Assembly (NCBI GenBank): GCA_964502615.1
Contig: CAZCXF010000002.1
Coordinates: forward strand, 24,236 to 88,235
From: an uncultured Candidatus Saccharibacteria bacterium
Lineage (GTDB): Bacteria; Patescibacteriota; Minisyncoccia; Phycocordibacterales; UBA9973
Direction of reading: 5' to 3'
DNA: 64,000 bases
Both the position numbers and the translations under genes were made by a program. Shown here in pieces: positions 1 to 8,690 of the stretch. The notes under the pieces were generated by a model that saw only the letters and a list, made by a program, of their open reading frames with translations, had not been told where the DNA came from and did not search any database. The number at the start of each line of letters is the position of its first letter. The stretch's first letter is position 1.

Positions 1-1328
1 ATCTTGAAGTTATTAAAGAAAAAAATAAAGATATAAATGCTTATCTTGAAGTGTATTCGGATGTTTTGGACCAAGCTAAAATTGCAGAAGATATGTTTAA
101 AAATGGAACTGCGACACTTATGACAGGTATTCCAATAGCACTAAAAGACAACATTCTTTTTGATGGTCACATAGCATCAGCCTCTTCAAAAATATTAGAA
201 AATTATAAAGCTACTTACGACGCTGATATTATAAAGCAACTAAAGTCCGTAGGTACAGTTTTCCTTGGAAGGGTAAACATGGATGAGTTTGCTATGGGAT
301 CTTCTACTGAGACTAGTGCATATGGCAACACTAAAAACCCAGTAAATCCTCTATATGTCCCTGGTGGTAGTTCTGGAGGTGTTGTGGCTTCTGTTGCTAT
401 GGATGGAGCCCTAGTTGCGTTAGGTAGTGATACAGGGGGTTCTATTCGCCAGCCAGCATCTTTTACAGGTCTAGTGGGCTTAAAACCGACATATGGCAAT
501 GTATCTCGAAGCGGAATTATCGCTATGGCAAGTTCTTTAGATCAAGTTGGCCCTATTGGTAAAACTGTACGTGATGTCGAAATTTTATATGAAGCCATAA
601 GTGCTTATGATAAAAATGATAGCACTTCTATTCCTGCAGAAAAAAGAGTAATCACTAAATCTTTTAAAAAGGTATTAGGAGTACCTAAATCATTTTTAGC
701 TGGAGACGGTATTAATAGTGAAGTTTTGAAAAATTTTGAGGAATCTTGTGAAAAATTAAAAAAAGCTGGGTACGAGATTGTGGATGTTTCATTGCCCCTG
801 ATTAAATATTCACTAGCTGTTTATTATATTATTCAACCAGCAGAAGTTTCTAGTAACCTTGCACGCTACGATGGAATACGTTACGGTTTGTCTGTAGAAT
901 CAGATAAACTTTATGACGTATATACAAAAACCAGGGGAGTTGGTTTTGGTAAAGAAGTTCGCAGACGTTTGCTATTAGGAACTTATATACTTTCACATGG
1001 GTATTATGATGCCTATTATAACAAGGCAGTAAAAGTCCGAGACGCTATTTCTTCTGAGCTTAGAAATATTTTTAAAGATGTTGACGCTATTATTACTCCA
1101 ACCTCTCCATTTCCTCCTTTTAAGTTTGGAGAAAAATCTAAAGACCCAGTTTCAATGTATTTGTCTGACTTATTTACTGTTCCCGCAAATATAGCAGGTA
1201 TTCCTGCAATATCGCTTCCTTCAGGTAACACAAAAGATGGTTTGCCACTAGGTTTTCATATAATGGCACCAGAGTTACGTGAAGATATACTTTTTTCTAT
1301 TGGGAAAGACTTTGAAAAATTAGTATAA
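1..1328 (+). CDS. gatA: Glutamyl-tRNA(Gln) amidotransferase subunit A (amidase family), 5'-truncated by window edge
   Basis: The reading frame is open from nt 3 through the listed ORF (51..1328). The amidase signature GGSSGG and the GatA-like motifs (ALKDNI, GSDTGGSIRQPA) are present. Confidence 0.8.
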   Translation, partial: LEVIKEKNKDINAYLEVYSDVLDQAKIAEDMFKNGTATLMTGIPIALKDNILFDGHIASASSKILENYKATYDADIIKQLKSVGTVFLGRVNMDEFAMGSSTETSAYGNTKNPVNPLYVPGGSSGGVVASVAMDGALVALGSDTGGSIRQPASFTGLVGLKPTYGNVSRSGIIAMASSLDQVGPIGKTVRDVEILYEAISAYDKNDSTSIPAEKRVITKSFKKVLGVPKSFLAGDGINSEVLKNFEESCEKLKKAGYEIVDVSLPLIKYSLAVYYIIQPAEVSSNLARYDGIRYGLSVESDKLYDVYTKTRGVGFGKEVRRRLLLGTYILSHGYYDAYYNKAVKVRDAISSELRNIFKDVDAIITPTSPFPPFKFGEKSKDPVSMYLSDLFTVPANIAGIPAISLPSGNTKDGLPLGFHIMAPELREDILFSIGKDFEKLV

Positions 1329-1335
1329 TAAAGTC

Positions 1336-2001
1336 ATGGCTGATAAAAAAGGAAAACCGAGCGGAGGATCAAGCGACATGGGTCTTTGGATTATTGTCGG
1401 TATAATGGTTATTGCAATTACAGTCTTTGGTATCACTCAACCTATTTTTAATACCGACTCAGCTGTTAGCGGTGTTTTTGACTTTTTTAAACCCATCTTT
1501 GATTTTATAGTAAATACTCATACATGGACTGTTTTAGGAGTAATATCTTCTTCTATTTCTATATTTTTTATTGGGATAATTATTTTTTCTCTTGTGCGTA
1601 TGCGTGAAATCCAAATTCACGAGAAACATGAACTTGAACACGAAATTCGTGAAGCTCTTATTCGAGATCAAGAAGCAATAAAAAATGATAATCCAAGGTG
1701 GCACTATATACTTACTTTAATTGAAAGTCCCAATGAATCCGATTGGCGTGTCGCTATAATCGAAGCCGATACTATGCTTGATGAAGTTCTTGAAAAGAAA
1801 GGCATGGTAGGTGCAACCTTGAGTGAAAAATTGGAACAAGCACGTTCAAATGGTTATGCATTTATCCAAGGTGCATGGGATGCTCACATTATTCGCAATC
1901 AAATAGCTCATCAAGGTTTAGATTTTCCATTAACACAAATAGAAGGACGCAGAGTTATAAGAATGTACCAAAGTTTCTTTGAAGAGCTTGGAGTCATATA
2001 G
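1336..2001 (+). CDS. Membrane-anchored hypothetical protein with a C-terminal HEPN-like motif (R-x4-H in RNQIAHQG)
   Basis: Two N-terminal hydrophobic helices are followed by a soluble alpha-rich C-terminal domain. The R-x4-H motif (IIRNQIAH) is typical of the HEPN superfamily. No closer family was recognised. Confidence 0.5.
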   Translation: MADKKGKPSGGSSDMGLWIIVGIMVIAITVFGITQPIFNTDSAVSGVFDFFKPIFDFIVNTHTWTVLGVISSSISIFFIGIIIFSLVRMREIQIHEKHELEHEIREALIRDQEAIKNDNPRWHYILTLIESPNESDWRVAIIEADTMLDEVLEKKGMVGATLSEKLEQARSNGYAFIQGAWDAHIIRNQIAHQGLDFPLTQIEGRRVIRMYQSFFEELGVI

Positions 2002-2033
2002 AAAAATCCCCACAAGTGGGGATTTTTCTATTG

Positions 2034-2107
2034 CGCGAGTGAAGGGACTCGAACCCTCGACCTTCCGCGTGACAGGCGGACGCTCTAACCAGCTGAGCTA
2101 CACCCGC
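2034..2107 (-). tRNA. tRNA-Asp (anticodon GTC)
   Basis: The reverse complement folds as a cloverleaf: acceptor GCGGGTG/CACTCGC, D-arm GCTC...GAGC, anticodon loop CTGTCAC, T-loop TTCGAGT. Confidence 0.85.
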
Positions 2108-2150
2108 AAGTGGGGCACTTATACTAACTTTGTCACATTACTACTAAAAT

Positions 2151-2199
2151 CGCCAGGCGGACGCTCGCTTTATTCCAACTTGAGCTGAGCTACACCCGC
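2151..2199 (-). pseudogene. tRNA-Asp 5'-half pseudogene (positions 1-~34, with an insertion in the D-loop)
   Basis: The reverse complement is GCGGGTGTAGCTCAGC...GAGCGTCCGCCTG. It is identical to the 5' part of the adjacent tRNA-Asp up to the anticodon loop, then diverges. There is no 3' half or T-arm. Confidence 0.6.
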
Positions 2200-2223
2200 A
2201 AATATTTATCGGATTATCCGATG

Positions 2224-2296
2224 TGTCGGCGACAGGGAACGATCCTGTGACCTTGGGCTTATGAGTCCCACGCTCTACCAACTGAGCTACGCCGAC
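2224..2296 (-). tRNA. tRNA-Met/Ile2 (anticodon CAT), elongator-like
   Basis: Reverse complement: GTCGGCG-TA-GCTCAGTTGGTAGAGC...CTCATAA...TTCGATT...CGCCGAC-A. The 1-72 positions are paired, so it is not an initiator. Confidence 0.8.
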
Positions 2297-2441
2297 AAAA
2301 AGCAAACTGCTTTGCTTTTTGTCGATGGCGATACCACCGAGCAAAGCATGAGGACGATGTAAGGCAAAGCCGAACAGTCCTTCGTATCCTATTATTCGGC
2401 TTAAGTGGACATATCAGTTTGGCATGTCACTTGCCGAAGTG

Positions 2442-2513
2442 TTGCGGGGCCTAGAATCGAACTAGGGTCTTAAGGTTATGAGCCTTACGAGATACCATTT
2501 CTCTACCCCGCTA
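2442..2513 (-). tRNA. tRNA-Met (anticodon CAT), possibly the initiator (1-72 mismatch)
   Basis: Reverse complement: AGCGGGG-TA-GAGAAATGGTATCTC...GGCTCATAACC...CCTAGTTCGATTCTAGG-CCCCGCA-A. Position 1 does not pair with 72, which is an initiator hallmark. The anticodon stem lacks the three G-C pairs usually seen in initiators, so the assignment is tentative. Confidence 0.65.
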
Positions 2514-2632
2514 TATAAAAACGCTCTAAACGAGCATATCTGCTATTGTACTTAAAATTAAGAATTTTGCAATGATTACTTTACATTAGGCATTAATAGT
2601 AGTAACTTATTAAATAAGTAAACCCCAAATAT

Positions 2633-2893
2633 ATGCATATTAAAATGGATATTGAGGCATTTAAAATAGCCCAAGAACAAAAAGGTATTTGCCCAACAGA
2701 GGTTTTTAACAACAAATCCCAAAGCCTAGGAATCAAAGTCATAGAGTTTTTAGATGATAATTATTGTTATTTCGGTTTCCACTACTATAAAATGTATTTA
2801 CAGGATGACCCAAACACCATTAATATGAATCAAAAAATCATTTTTCTTGATGTAAAAAGTTCCTATGGTGGCTCAGCTCTTTTTGGTGATTGA
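2633..2893 (+). CDS. Hypothetical small protein (uncertain)
   Basis: The ORF lies in the gap between two tRNA clusters. There are no recognisable motifs and its AT-rich composition equals the background. Confidence 0.2.
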   Translation: MHIKMDIEAFKIAQEQKGICPTEVFNNKSQSLGIKVIEFLDDNYCYFGFHYYKMYLQDDPNTINMNQKIIFLDVKSSYGGSALFGD

Positions 2894-2969
2894 TAAGACT
2901 CCAATACTAACCCATTGGCGTCTTTTTTTATTGAAAAAGGCTATAAATTATAGTAACATCACACATATT

Positions 2970-3042
2970 GCCGTTATAGCTCAGGTAGTAGAGCATTTCC
3001 ATGGTAAGGAAAAGGTCGACAGTGCAAGTCTGTCTAACGGCT
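2970..3042 (+). tRNA. tRNA-Thr (anticodon GGT)
   Basis: GCCGTTA-TA-GCTCAGGTAGTAGAGC-A-TTTCC-ATGGTAA-GGAAA...GACAG-TGCAAGT-CTGTC-TAACGGC-T. The cloverleaf is complete. Confidence 0.85.
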
Positions 3043-3048
3043 CAATTT

Positions 3049-3121
3049 GCCATCCTAGCTCAGTTGGTAGAGCAATCCCTTCGTAAGGGATAGGTCCCGA
3101 GTTCGATTCTCGGGGATGGCT
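3049..3121 (+). tRNA. tRNA-Thr (anticodon CGT)
   Basis: GCCATCC-TA-GCTCAGTTGGTAGAGC-A-ATCCC-TTCGTAA-GGGAT...CCGAG-TTCGATT-CTCGG-GGATGGC-T. Confidence 0.85.
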
Positions 3122-3143
3122 CAAAGTTTGTTATAATAGTCTG

Positions 3144-4031
3144 ATGACTGTTGATACTGAATCTATAAAAAAAGAAATAGAAGCTCTTGAAAAAGATATA
3201 GCAAGCAACGATTTTTGGAATGACAAAGCAAAAGCTCAAGCCTCTATAAAACGTTTGAATGAACTAAAAGATGAACTTCTAGGTAGTGAAAAATATGATA
3301 AAGGCAATGCTGTTTTATCTATACTCTCTGGTGCGGGTGGGGATGATGCTGAAGATTTTTCTGCAATGCTTCTTCGTATGTATCTTAAATATATTGAAAG
3401 TCGTGGATGGCAGACCGTACTTATCCATGAAAATAAAAATGATGTCGGGGGATATAGGAATATTTCCATTGAAGTTATTGGAAAGGATGTATATGGAACA
3501 TTAAAAAATGAATCAGGAGTACATAGGTTGGTCAGAATATCACCATTCAATGCAAAATCTTTGCGTCACACTTCCTTCTCTTTGGTTGAAGTTATTCCTA
3601 GTTTGAAAATAAATGATAATGCGATTGTTATTCCGCCAGAAGATTTAAAAATTGAGTTTTCTAAATCTGGTGGCCCTGGAGGACAAAATGTAAACAAAAG
3701 AGAAACGGCGGTTCGAATTGTACATATACCCACAAATATATCTGTTCATGTAGCAACTGAGAGATCGCAAGAACAAAACAAAGAAAGAGCATTAGAAATG
3801 CTTAAAGGTAAACTTTTTAAGAGGAGGCAAGAAGATGAAGCTCGCACAAAAGCCGGATTGTCTATTTCAAAAACTACTGAAATTGAATGGGGTAACCAGA
3901 TTCGCAATTACGTTATTCACCCATATAAATTAATCAAAGATTTACGTACCGGGGTTGAAACTTCAAACGTGGATGCTGTTCTGGAAGGGGGAGACCTGAA
4001 TCAATTTATTGAAGCAGAGGCGCATTTATGA
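3144..4031 (+). CDS. prfB: Peptide chain release factor 2 (short form, no programmed +1 frameshift)
   Basis: The RF2-specific SPF tripeptide is present (RISPFNAKSLRHTSF), as is the GGQ motif (GGPGGQNVNK). The ORF starts 23 nt after tRNA-Thr, leaving no room for the upstream frameshift leader peptide. Confidence 0.85.
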   Translation: MTVDTESIKKEIEALEKDIASNDFWNDKAKAQASIKRLNELKDELLGSEKYDKGNAVLSILSGAGGDDAEDFSAMLLRMYLKYIESRGWQTVLIHENKNDVGGYRNISIEVIGKDVYGTLKNESGVHRLVRISPFNAKSLRHTSFSLVEVIPSLKINDNAIVIPPEDLKIEFSKSGGPGGQNVNKRETAVRIVHIPTNISVHVATERSQEQNKERALEMLKGKLFKRRQEDEARTKAGLSISKTTEIEWGNQIRNYVIHPYKLIKDLRTGVETSNVDAVLEGGDLNQFIEAEAHL

Positions 4032-4047
4032 TATCCTTAGTAATATA

Positions 4048-4725
4048 ATGATTTATTTCAATAATGTTTCAAAAAAATATTCTGACAACATATCTCTTGA
4101 AGATGTGACTATTTCTATTGGACCAGGTGAGTTTGTCTCTGTAGTGGGTCACTCTGGAGCAGGTAAGACTACCTTGACCAAATTAATCCTCGCAGAAGAA
4201 ACTCCTACAAACGGTACAATATTTTTTGAATCTACAGATATACATAAATTGTCAAACAAAGAACTGACTAACTTTAGACGCAAAGTGGGGGTTGTTTTTC
4301 AAGATTTTAGATTGCTTTCCAATAAAACAGCTTACGAAAATATTGCTTTTGCGATGGAAGCAACAGGTAAAAATGATAAAGAAATTGCCCAAGATGTACC
4401 CCATGTACTTGAATTAGTAGATTTGTCTCATAGAGCTTCACATTTCCCACACCAACTCTCAGGCGGGGAGAAACAGCGTCTAGCTATTGCCCGGGCTATC
4501 ATCACCCAGCCTGAACTTATTATTGCAGACGAGCCAACTGGCAATTTGGACCCAGTAAATACTAATGAAGTAATAAATATCCTTAAAAAAATCAATGATT
4601 TAGGTACTACAGTCATACTAACTACCCATAACCGAAGTGTTATAGACCAAATTAAGAAACGAGTTATTACCCTTGAAAATGGCAAGGTTGTCAGAGATGA
4701 TAAAGACGGTAAGTATATGATATAA
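4048..4725 (+). CDS. ftsE: Cell division ATP-binding protein FtsE (ABC ATPase)
   Basis: Walker A (GHSGAGKTT), ABC signature (LSGGEKQR) and Walker B (IIADEP) are present. An FtsX homologue lies immediately downstream. The start was chosen at the in-frame ATG just after the prfB stop ([11 protein letters not shown]); the listed ORF start at 4009 overlaps prfB. Confidence 0.8.
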   Translation: MIYFNNVSKKYSDNISLEDVTISIGPGEFVSVVGHSGAGKTTLTKLILAEETPTNGTIFFESTDIHKLSNKELTNFRRKVGVVFQDFRLLSNKTAYENIAFAMEATGKNDKEIAQDVPHVLELVDLSHRASHFPHQLSGGEKQRLAIARAIITQPELIIADEPTGNLDPVNTNEVINILKKINDLGTTVILTTHNRSVIDQIKKRVITLENGKVVRDDKDGKYMI

Positions 4726-4732
4726 TGCCCGT

Positions 4733-5656
4733 ATGTTTGTAACTCACACTAAAAGGATAATACGTTCTGGTTATCGCAACTTTATTCGTAGTGGTTTTAC
4801 TTCGCTCGCTTCTATTTTAATGATGGTAATAACACTGTTTGTTATTACTAGTCTTATTTTTGTTCAAACAGCCCTTCAATCTTCACTTAATGATATAAAA
4901 GAAAAAGTTGATGTTACTGTTTACTTTGTTCCTGGCGCAGATGAGACTGCAATTCTAAACGTAAAGTCATCACTTTCTAAATTACCAGAAGTTCGCGATG
5001 TATCTTACACTTCCCAAGAAGAAGCACTAACACAATTTAAAGATAAACATGCAAATGACTATCTTACTTTACAAGCACTAGATGAATTAAATTCTAATCC
5101 ACTTGGAGCAACTCTAAATATAAAAGCAAAAGATCCTTCTCAGTATGAAAGCATTTCCAAATATTTTGAAAGTGATAATGCTATTTCAAAAGGGGCATTA
5201 AATATTATTGATAAAGTAGATTATCACCAAAACAAAGTAGTAATTGATCGCCTCAATTCAATTATTGCTGGAGCAAGCAGACTTGGTTTTGCAGTCTCTT
5301 TAATCTTAATTATTATTTCAATAATTATAACCTTCAGTACTATCAGATTGATCATATATATGTCTCGTGAGGAGATTGGTGTTATGAAACTCGTTGGTGC
5401 AGGATCTAAATACATTCGGGGACCTTTTATGGTTTCTGGAATGTTGGTTGGAATTACCGCTAGTTTAATTACGATAATAATGTTCATACCTATATCTATC
5501 TGGCTTGGTAATCAAGTAACTGATTTTGTAGGTATAAATATGTTTACTTACTTCAAATCAAATTTCTTGCAGTTGTTTATAATAATGCTCGGCGCTGGAA
5601 TAATTCTCGGCAGTATTTCTAGCTTCTTTGCTATTGCTCGCTATCTCAAAAAGTAA
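4733..5656 (+). CDS. ftsX: Cell division permease FtsX
   Basis: Topology of 1 TM + periplasmic domain + 3 TM, located downstream of ftsE. Confidence 0.75.
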   Translation: MFVTHTKRIIRSGYRNFIRSGFTSLASILMMVITLFVITSLIFVQTALQSSLNDIKEKVDVTVYFVPGADETAILNVKSSLSKLPEVRDVSYTSQEEALTQFKDKHANDYLTLQALDELNSNPLGATLNIKAKDPSQYESISKYFESDNAISKGALNIIDKVDYHQNKVVIDRLNSIIAGASRLGFAVSLILIIISIIITFSTIRLIIYMSREEIGVMKLVGAGSKYIRGPFMVSGMLVGITASLITIIMFIPISIWLGNQVTDFVGINMFTYFKSNFLQLFIIMLGAGIILGSISSFFAIARYLKK

Positions 5657-5659
5657 AAT

Positions 5660-7348
5660 ATGAAGAAGCCGAAAGAAAAAGAAAAGATATATAAAAAAAT
5701 TGAATCATGTAAGTATATTTTCGTCATCGGTGGAGTAATATCTGGGGTGGGTAAGGGTGTCGCAGCTTCATCTATTGCTCGAATATTGAAAGATCGAGAT
5801 CAAAGTGTTACTGCTATAAAAATTGATCCATATATAAATATTGATGCTGGGACCATGAATCCAACTGAACATGGGGAAGTTTTTGTCCTTGATGATGGAG
5901 ATGAATGCGATCAAGACATGGGAAATTATGAGAGATTCTTAGATATTGACCTGACTCGAGTAAATTATATGACTACAGGTAGAGTCTACCAGACAGTAAT
6001 TGAGAAGGAGAGAAATCTTGAGTATGGTGGTAAATGTGTTGAAGTAGTACCTCATATACCACTTGAAGTAATACGTCGTATTGAAGTTGCTCGAGATAAT
6101 GCTAAAGCAAACGTAGTCGTGATTGAAATTGGTGGAACAGTAGGAGAGTACCAAAATATGCTTTTCCTTGAAGCCGCTCGTATGATGAAAATCAAACACC
6201 CGCAAGATGTATTTTTTGTGATGGTTTCTTATCTTCCAATTCCTTCAAAAGTCGGTGAAATGAAAACAAAGCCAACCCAGTATGCTGTTCGAACTCTAAA
6301 TGCATCAGGAATACAACCAGATGTAATAATTGCTCGTAGTCAGCTTCCGCTTGATGACAAAAGAAAAGAAAAGTTGTCCATGTTTTGTAATATTACTCCA
6401 GAGAGGGTTATCTCTGCTCCAGACGTAGAAAGTATTTATGATATTCCAATTAACTTTGAGAAAGAAGGATTAGGAGATATGATTTGTGATGTTGTAAATA
6501 TGTCATGTGCTCCATCAGAGAATGCTGGATCAAAAAAATGGAGAGCTTTTGCTAAATCAACGCACAATTTCAAAGGAGAAGTAAAGATTGCTGTGATTGG
6601 AAAATATTTTGCCACTGGGGATTTTACACTATCAGATTCTTATTTGTCAGTTATTGAAGCAATTAAATATTCAGCTTATGCAAGTGGCCGAAAACCAGTT
6701 TTAACTTGGGTGTCGGCGGTGGATTATGAAAAGGATCCAAAGAAACTAAAGGAACTTTCAAAATATGATGGAGTCTTAGTTCCAGGTGGGTTTGGTTCTC
6801 GTGGAGTTGAAGGACTAATTATGGCTATAAACTACGCTCGCACACATAAAATCCCGTATTTTGGATTGTGCTACGGAATGCAACTTATGGTTATAGAATA
6901 TGCTCGTAATATTTTAGGACTCAAAGATGCCAATACAAAAGAAGTAAATCCAAATGCAAAAGATATAGTAATTGACGTAATGGAAGATCAAAAAGAAAAA
7001 ATTGCCAAGAAAAAATTAGGAGGCAGTATGCGATTAGGTGCATATGTTGCAAAGCTCGCAAAGGGAAGTATTGCAATGGAATCTTACAAGAGTAATTCAA
7101 TATCTGAACGCCATAGACATCGTTACGAGGTAAATAATGCTTATAGGGAAAGATTAGAAAAAGCTGGCATGGTGTTTTCCGGTGTTTCACCAGACGGTCT
7201 TTTGTGTGAAATAGCTGAATTGCCTAAGGCTAAACACCCATTCTTTTTAGGAACACAATTCCATCCAGAATTCAAAGCTCACCCTCTTAATCCACATCCG
7301 CTATTCTCTGCTTTTATAAAAGTATGTATGAATAATAAGAAAAAATAA
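5660..7348 (+). CDS. pyrG: CTP synthase
   Basis: The N-terminal synthetase domain (IFVIGGVISGVGKG) and the C-terminal class-I glutamine amidotransferase with catalytic Cys (GLCYGMQ) and His (HRHRYE) are present. Length is 562 aa. Confidence 0.9.
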   Translation: MKKPKEKEKIYKKIESCKYIFVIGGVISGVGKGVAASSIARILKDRDQSVTAIKIDPYINIDAGTMNPTEHGEVFVLDDGDECDQDMGNYERFLDIDLTRVNYMTTGRVYQTVIEKERNLEYGGKCVEVVPHIPLEVIRRIEVARDNAKANVVVIEIGGTVGEYQNMLFLEAARMMKIKHPQDVFFVMVSYLPIPSKVGEMKTKPTQYAVRTLNASGIQPDVIIARSQLPLDDKRKEKLSMFCNITPERVISAPDVESIYDIPINFEKEGLGDMICDVVNMSCAPSENAGSKKWRAFAKSTHNFKGEVKIAVIGKYFATGDFTLSDSYLSVIEAIKYSAYASGRKPVLTWVSAVDYEKDPKKLKELSKYDGVLVPGGFGSRGVEGLIMAINYARTHKIPYFGLCYGMQLMVIEYARNILGLKDANTKEVNPNAKDIVIDVMEDQKEKIAKKKLGGSMRLGAYVAKLAKGSIAMESYKSNSISERHRHRYEVNNAYRERLEKAGMVFSGVSPDGLLCEIAELPKAKHPFFLGTQFHPEFKAHPLNPHPLFSAFIKVCMNNKKK

Positions 7349-7377
7349 ACTCCGAATTTATCGGAGTTTATTTTTTC
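7347..7377. terminator. Bidirectional rho-independent terminator between pyrG (+) and the LOG gene (-)
   Basis: Hairpin AAACTCCGA-attta-TCGGAGTTT flanked by A- and T-runs. Confidence 0.7.
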
Positions 7378-7380
7378 TTA

Positions 7381-8115
7381 TTATTTTAGTGCATCCTGTC
7401 CATCGCGGAGTCTACTCTCAGAGATTATTTTAAGAACTTCATCTTCACTATCTGTAATAGTGTACAACTCAGTATCTTCTAGATTTATCACTCCGTATTT
7501 TTCAGCCAACTGTTCTTTTATAAGAGTATCAAGTGGTGTCCAAAATTCAACTCCTAGAAGTATTACAGGGATCTTTCCGATTTTTCCAGTTTGTTGAAGT
7601 GTTAGCATTTCAAAAAGTTCGTTTAGAGTTCCAAATCCTCCACTACAAAACACGCAGACTTCTGTTGTATAAGATAGTGATACCTGTCTTGCAAAGAAAA
7701 AGTAAAAAGGTATTTCGTCTGTTACGTATTTGTTAGTCATCTGCTCATGGGGAAGTCGGATTGTAAGACCAACTGACTTTCCCCCAGCTTCATACGCTCC
7801 ACGGTTAGCAGCTTCCATTATGCCTCCTCCTCCACCTGATATAACTATATAGCCAAGTTCTTTAGATATACGGTATGCTAGAGACTGAGCTTGCTTATAT
7901 GAAGGATGAGTCTCTTCTAGCCTTGCAGAGCCGTAGAATGTCACAGAAGGGGTAAATTCGCTTATCATATCGATTCCTTGGCGAAATTCCTCCTGAATCA
8001 TACATAACTTTGTTTCTTCGTCATTGTCGCCGTATAGAGTGACACAACCCTCTTTAATGTCATCAACTGTTAATTTTTTAGGTCTGTAGGTTACCTTTTG
8101 CTGTTTTGGATCCAT
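7381..8115 (-). CDS. LOG family protein (cytokinin riboside 5'-monophosphate phosphoribohydrolase / TIGR00730)
   Basis: The GGGGGIMEAANRGA and PGGFGTLNELFE motifs are diagnostic of the LOG/YvdD family. Confidence 0.8.
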   Translation of the reverse strand: MDPKQQKVTYRPKKLTVDDIKEGCVTLYGDNDEETKLCMIQEEFRQGIDMISEFTPSVTFYGSARLEETHPSYKQAQSLAYRISKELGYIVISGGGGGIMEAANRGAYEAGGKSVGLTIRLPHEQMTNKYVTDEIPFYFFFARQVSLSYTTEVCVFCSGGFGTLNELFEMLTLQQTGKIGKIPVILLGVEFWTPLDTLIKEQLAEKYGVINLEDTELYTITDSEDEVLKIISESRLRDGQDALK

Positions 8116-8169
8116 TTTTTAATTAATTAAAAATAATAAAAGTCTAAGCTATTTTACCTTATTTTTTTG

Positions 8170-8240
8170 CTGCCGACCAGGGACTCGAACCCCAATACCA
8201 TCCTCCAGAGGGATGTGTCCTACCATTAGACGAGTCGGCA
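8170..8240 (-). tRNA. tRNA-Gln (anticodon CTG)
   Basis: Reverse complement: TGCCGAC-TC-GTCT-AATGGTA-GGAC-A-CATCC-CTCTGGA-GGATG...TGGGG-TTCGAGT-CCCTG-GTCGGCA-G. The U1-A72 pair is typical of bacterial tRNA-Gln. Confidence 0.8.
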
Positions 8241-8338
8241 ATGTTGTAACCTCGATATATTAACATAAAAACAATAAAAATGAATCACAAATAAAAAAGT
8301 GCCAGGTGGTTAGTCTGGCAAGTTCATTTGGGTTGGTT

Positions 8339-8638
8339 TTATATCCCTTCTCCTGCTTTCATCTTTTTCAACTCAGGATCTTGAATATGTAGCTTATTTG
8401 CTTGTTTGTCTCCTAGGAGAGTTTTCAAAAAGCTATAGCCCTTGTGTCCTTTTCTGAGATCCTCGGGGATTACCTTTTCTGCAATCTTATGAAAGTTTTC
8501 ATCTCCTTTCATTGGGGCAACCATTTGTTCAATTTCTCTTTTTAATTCATCGAGAGTTTCTACTTTCTCATAAATTATTCTTAATGCTTCTTCCATAGTA
8601 CAATGTTTTAATTGCAAGTATATTACTCTTATGTTCAC
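8339..8638 (-). CDS. Hypothetical protein (start probably at internal Met, MEEALRII...)
   Basis: ORF only; charged alpha-helical composition. Confidence 0.35.
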   Translation of the reverse strand: MNIRVIYLQLKHCTMEEALRIIYEKVETLDELKREIEQMVAPMKGDENFHKIAEKVIPEDLRKGHKGYSFLKTLLGDKQANKLHIQDPELKKMKAGEGI

Positions 8639-8653
8639 CAGATGTCAAAATTA

Positions 8654-8680
8654 AAAAACACCCTAGTTAGGGTGTTTTTT
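8654..8680. terminator. Rho-independent terminator (hairpin ACACCCTA-gtta-GGGTGT with flanking A/T runs)
   Basis: Perfect inverted repeat with poly-T on the minus strand, immediately downstream of the 8691..8990 gene. Confidence 0.7.
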
Positions 8681-8690
8681 AATTTAAAGA

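Noticed and set aside
1979-2344. ORFs 1979..2188 (+) and 2144..2344 (-) from the six-frame track
   Set aside because: They lie entirely over tRNA-Asp, the tRNA-Asp fragment and tRNA-Met. The tRNA folds explain the sequence, so the ORFs are spurious.
2865-3086. ORF 2865..3086 (+)
   Set aside because: It overlaps tRNA-Thr(GGT) and runs into tRNA-Thr(CGT); it is a translation artefact of tRNA sequence.
3236-3550. Antisense/alternative-frame ORFs inside prfB, and similar internal ORFs in ftsE, ftsX, pyrG, ileS, metG, rnj, the fibre gene and others
   Set aside because: They are wholly contained within well-supported genes on the opposite strand or in another frame, and are AT-rich random ORFs.
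4009-4047. Listed ftsE ORF start at 4009, overlapping the prfB 3' end
   Set aside because: The in-frame ATG at 4048 gives a canonical FtsE N-terminus ([11 protein letters not shown]) and avoids a 23-nt overlap with prfB; the extended start is unlikely.
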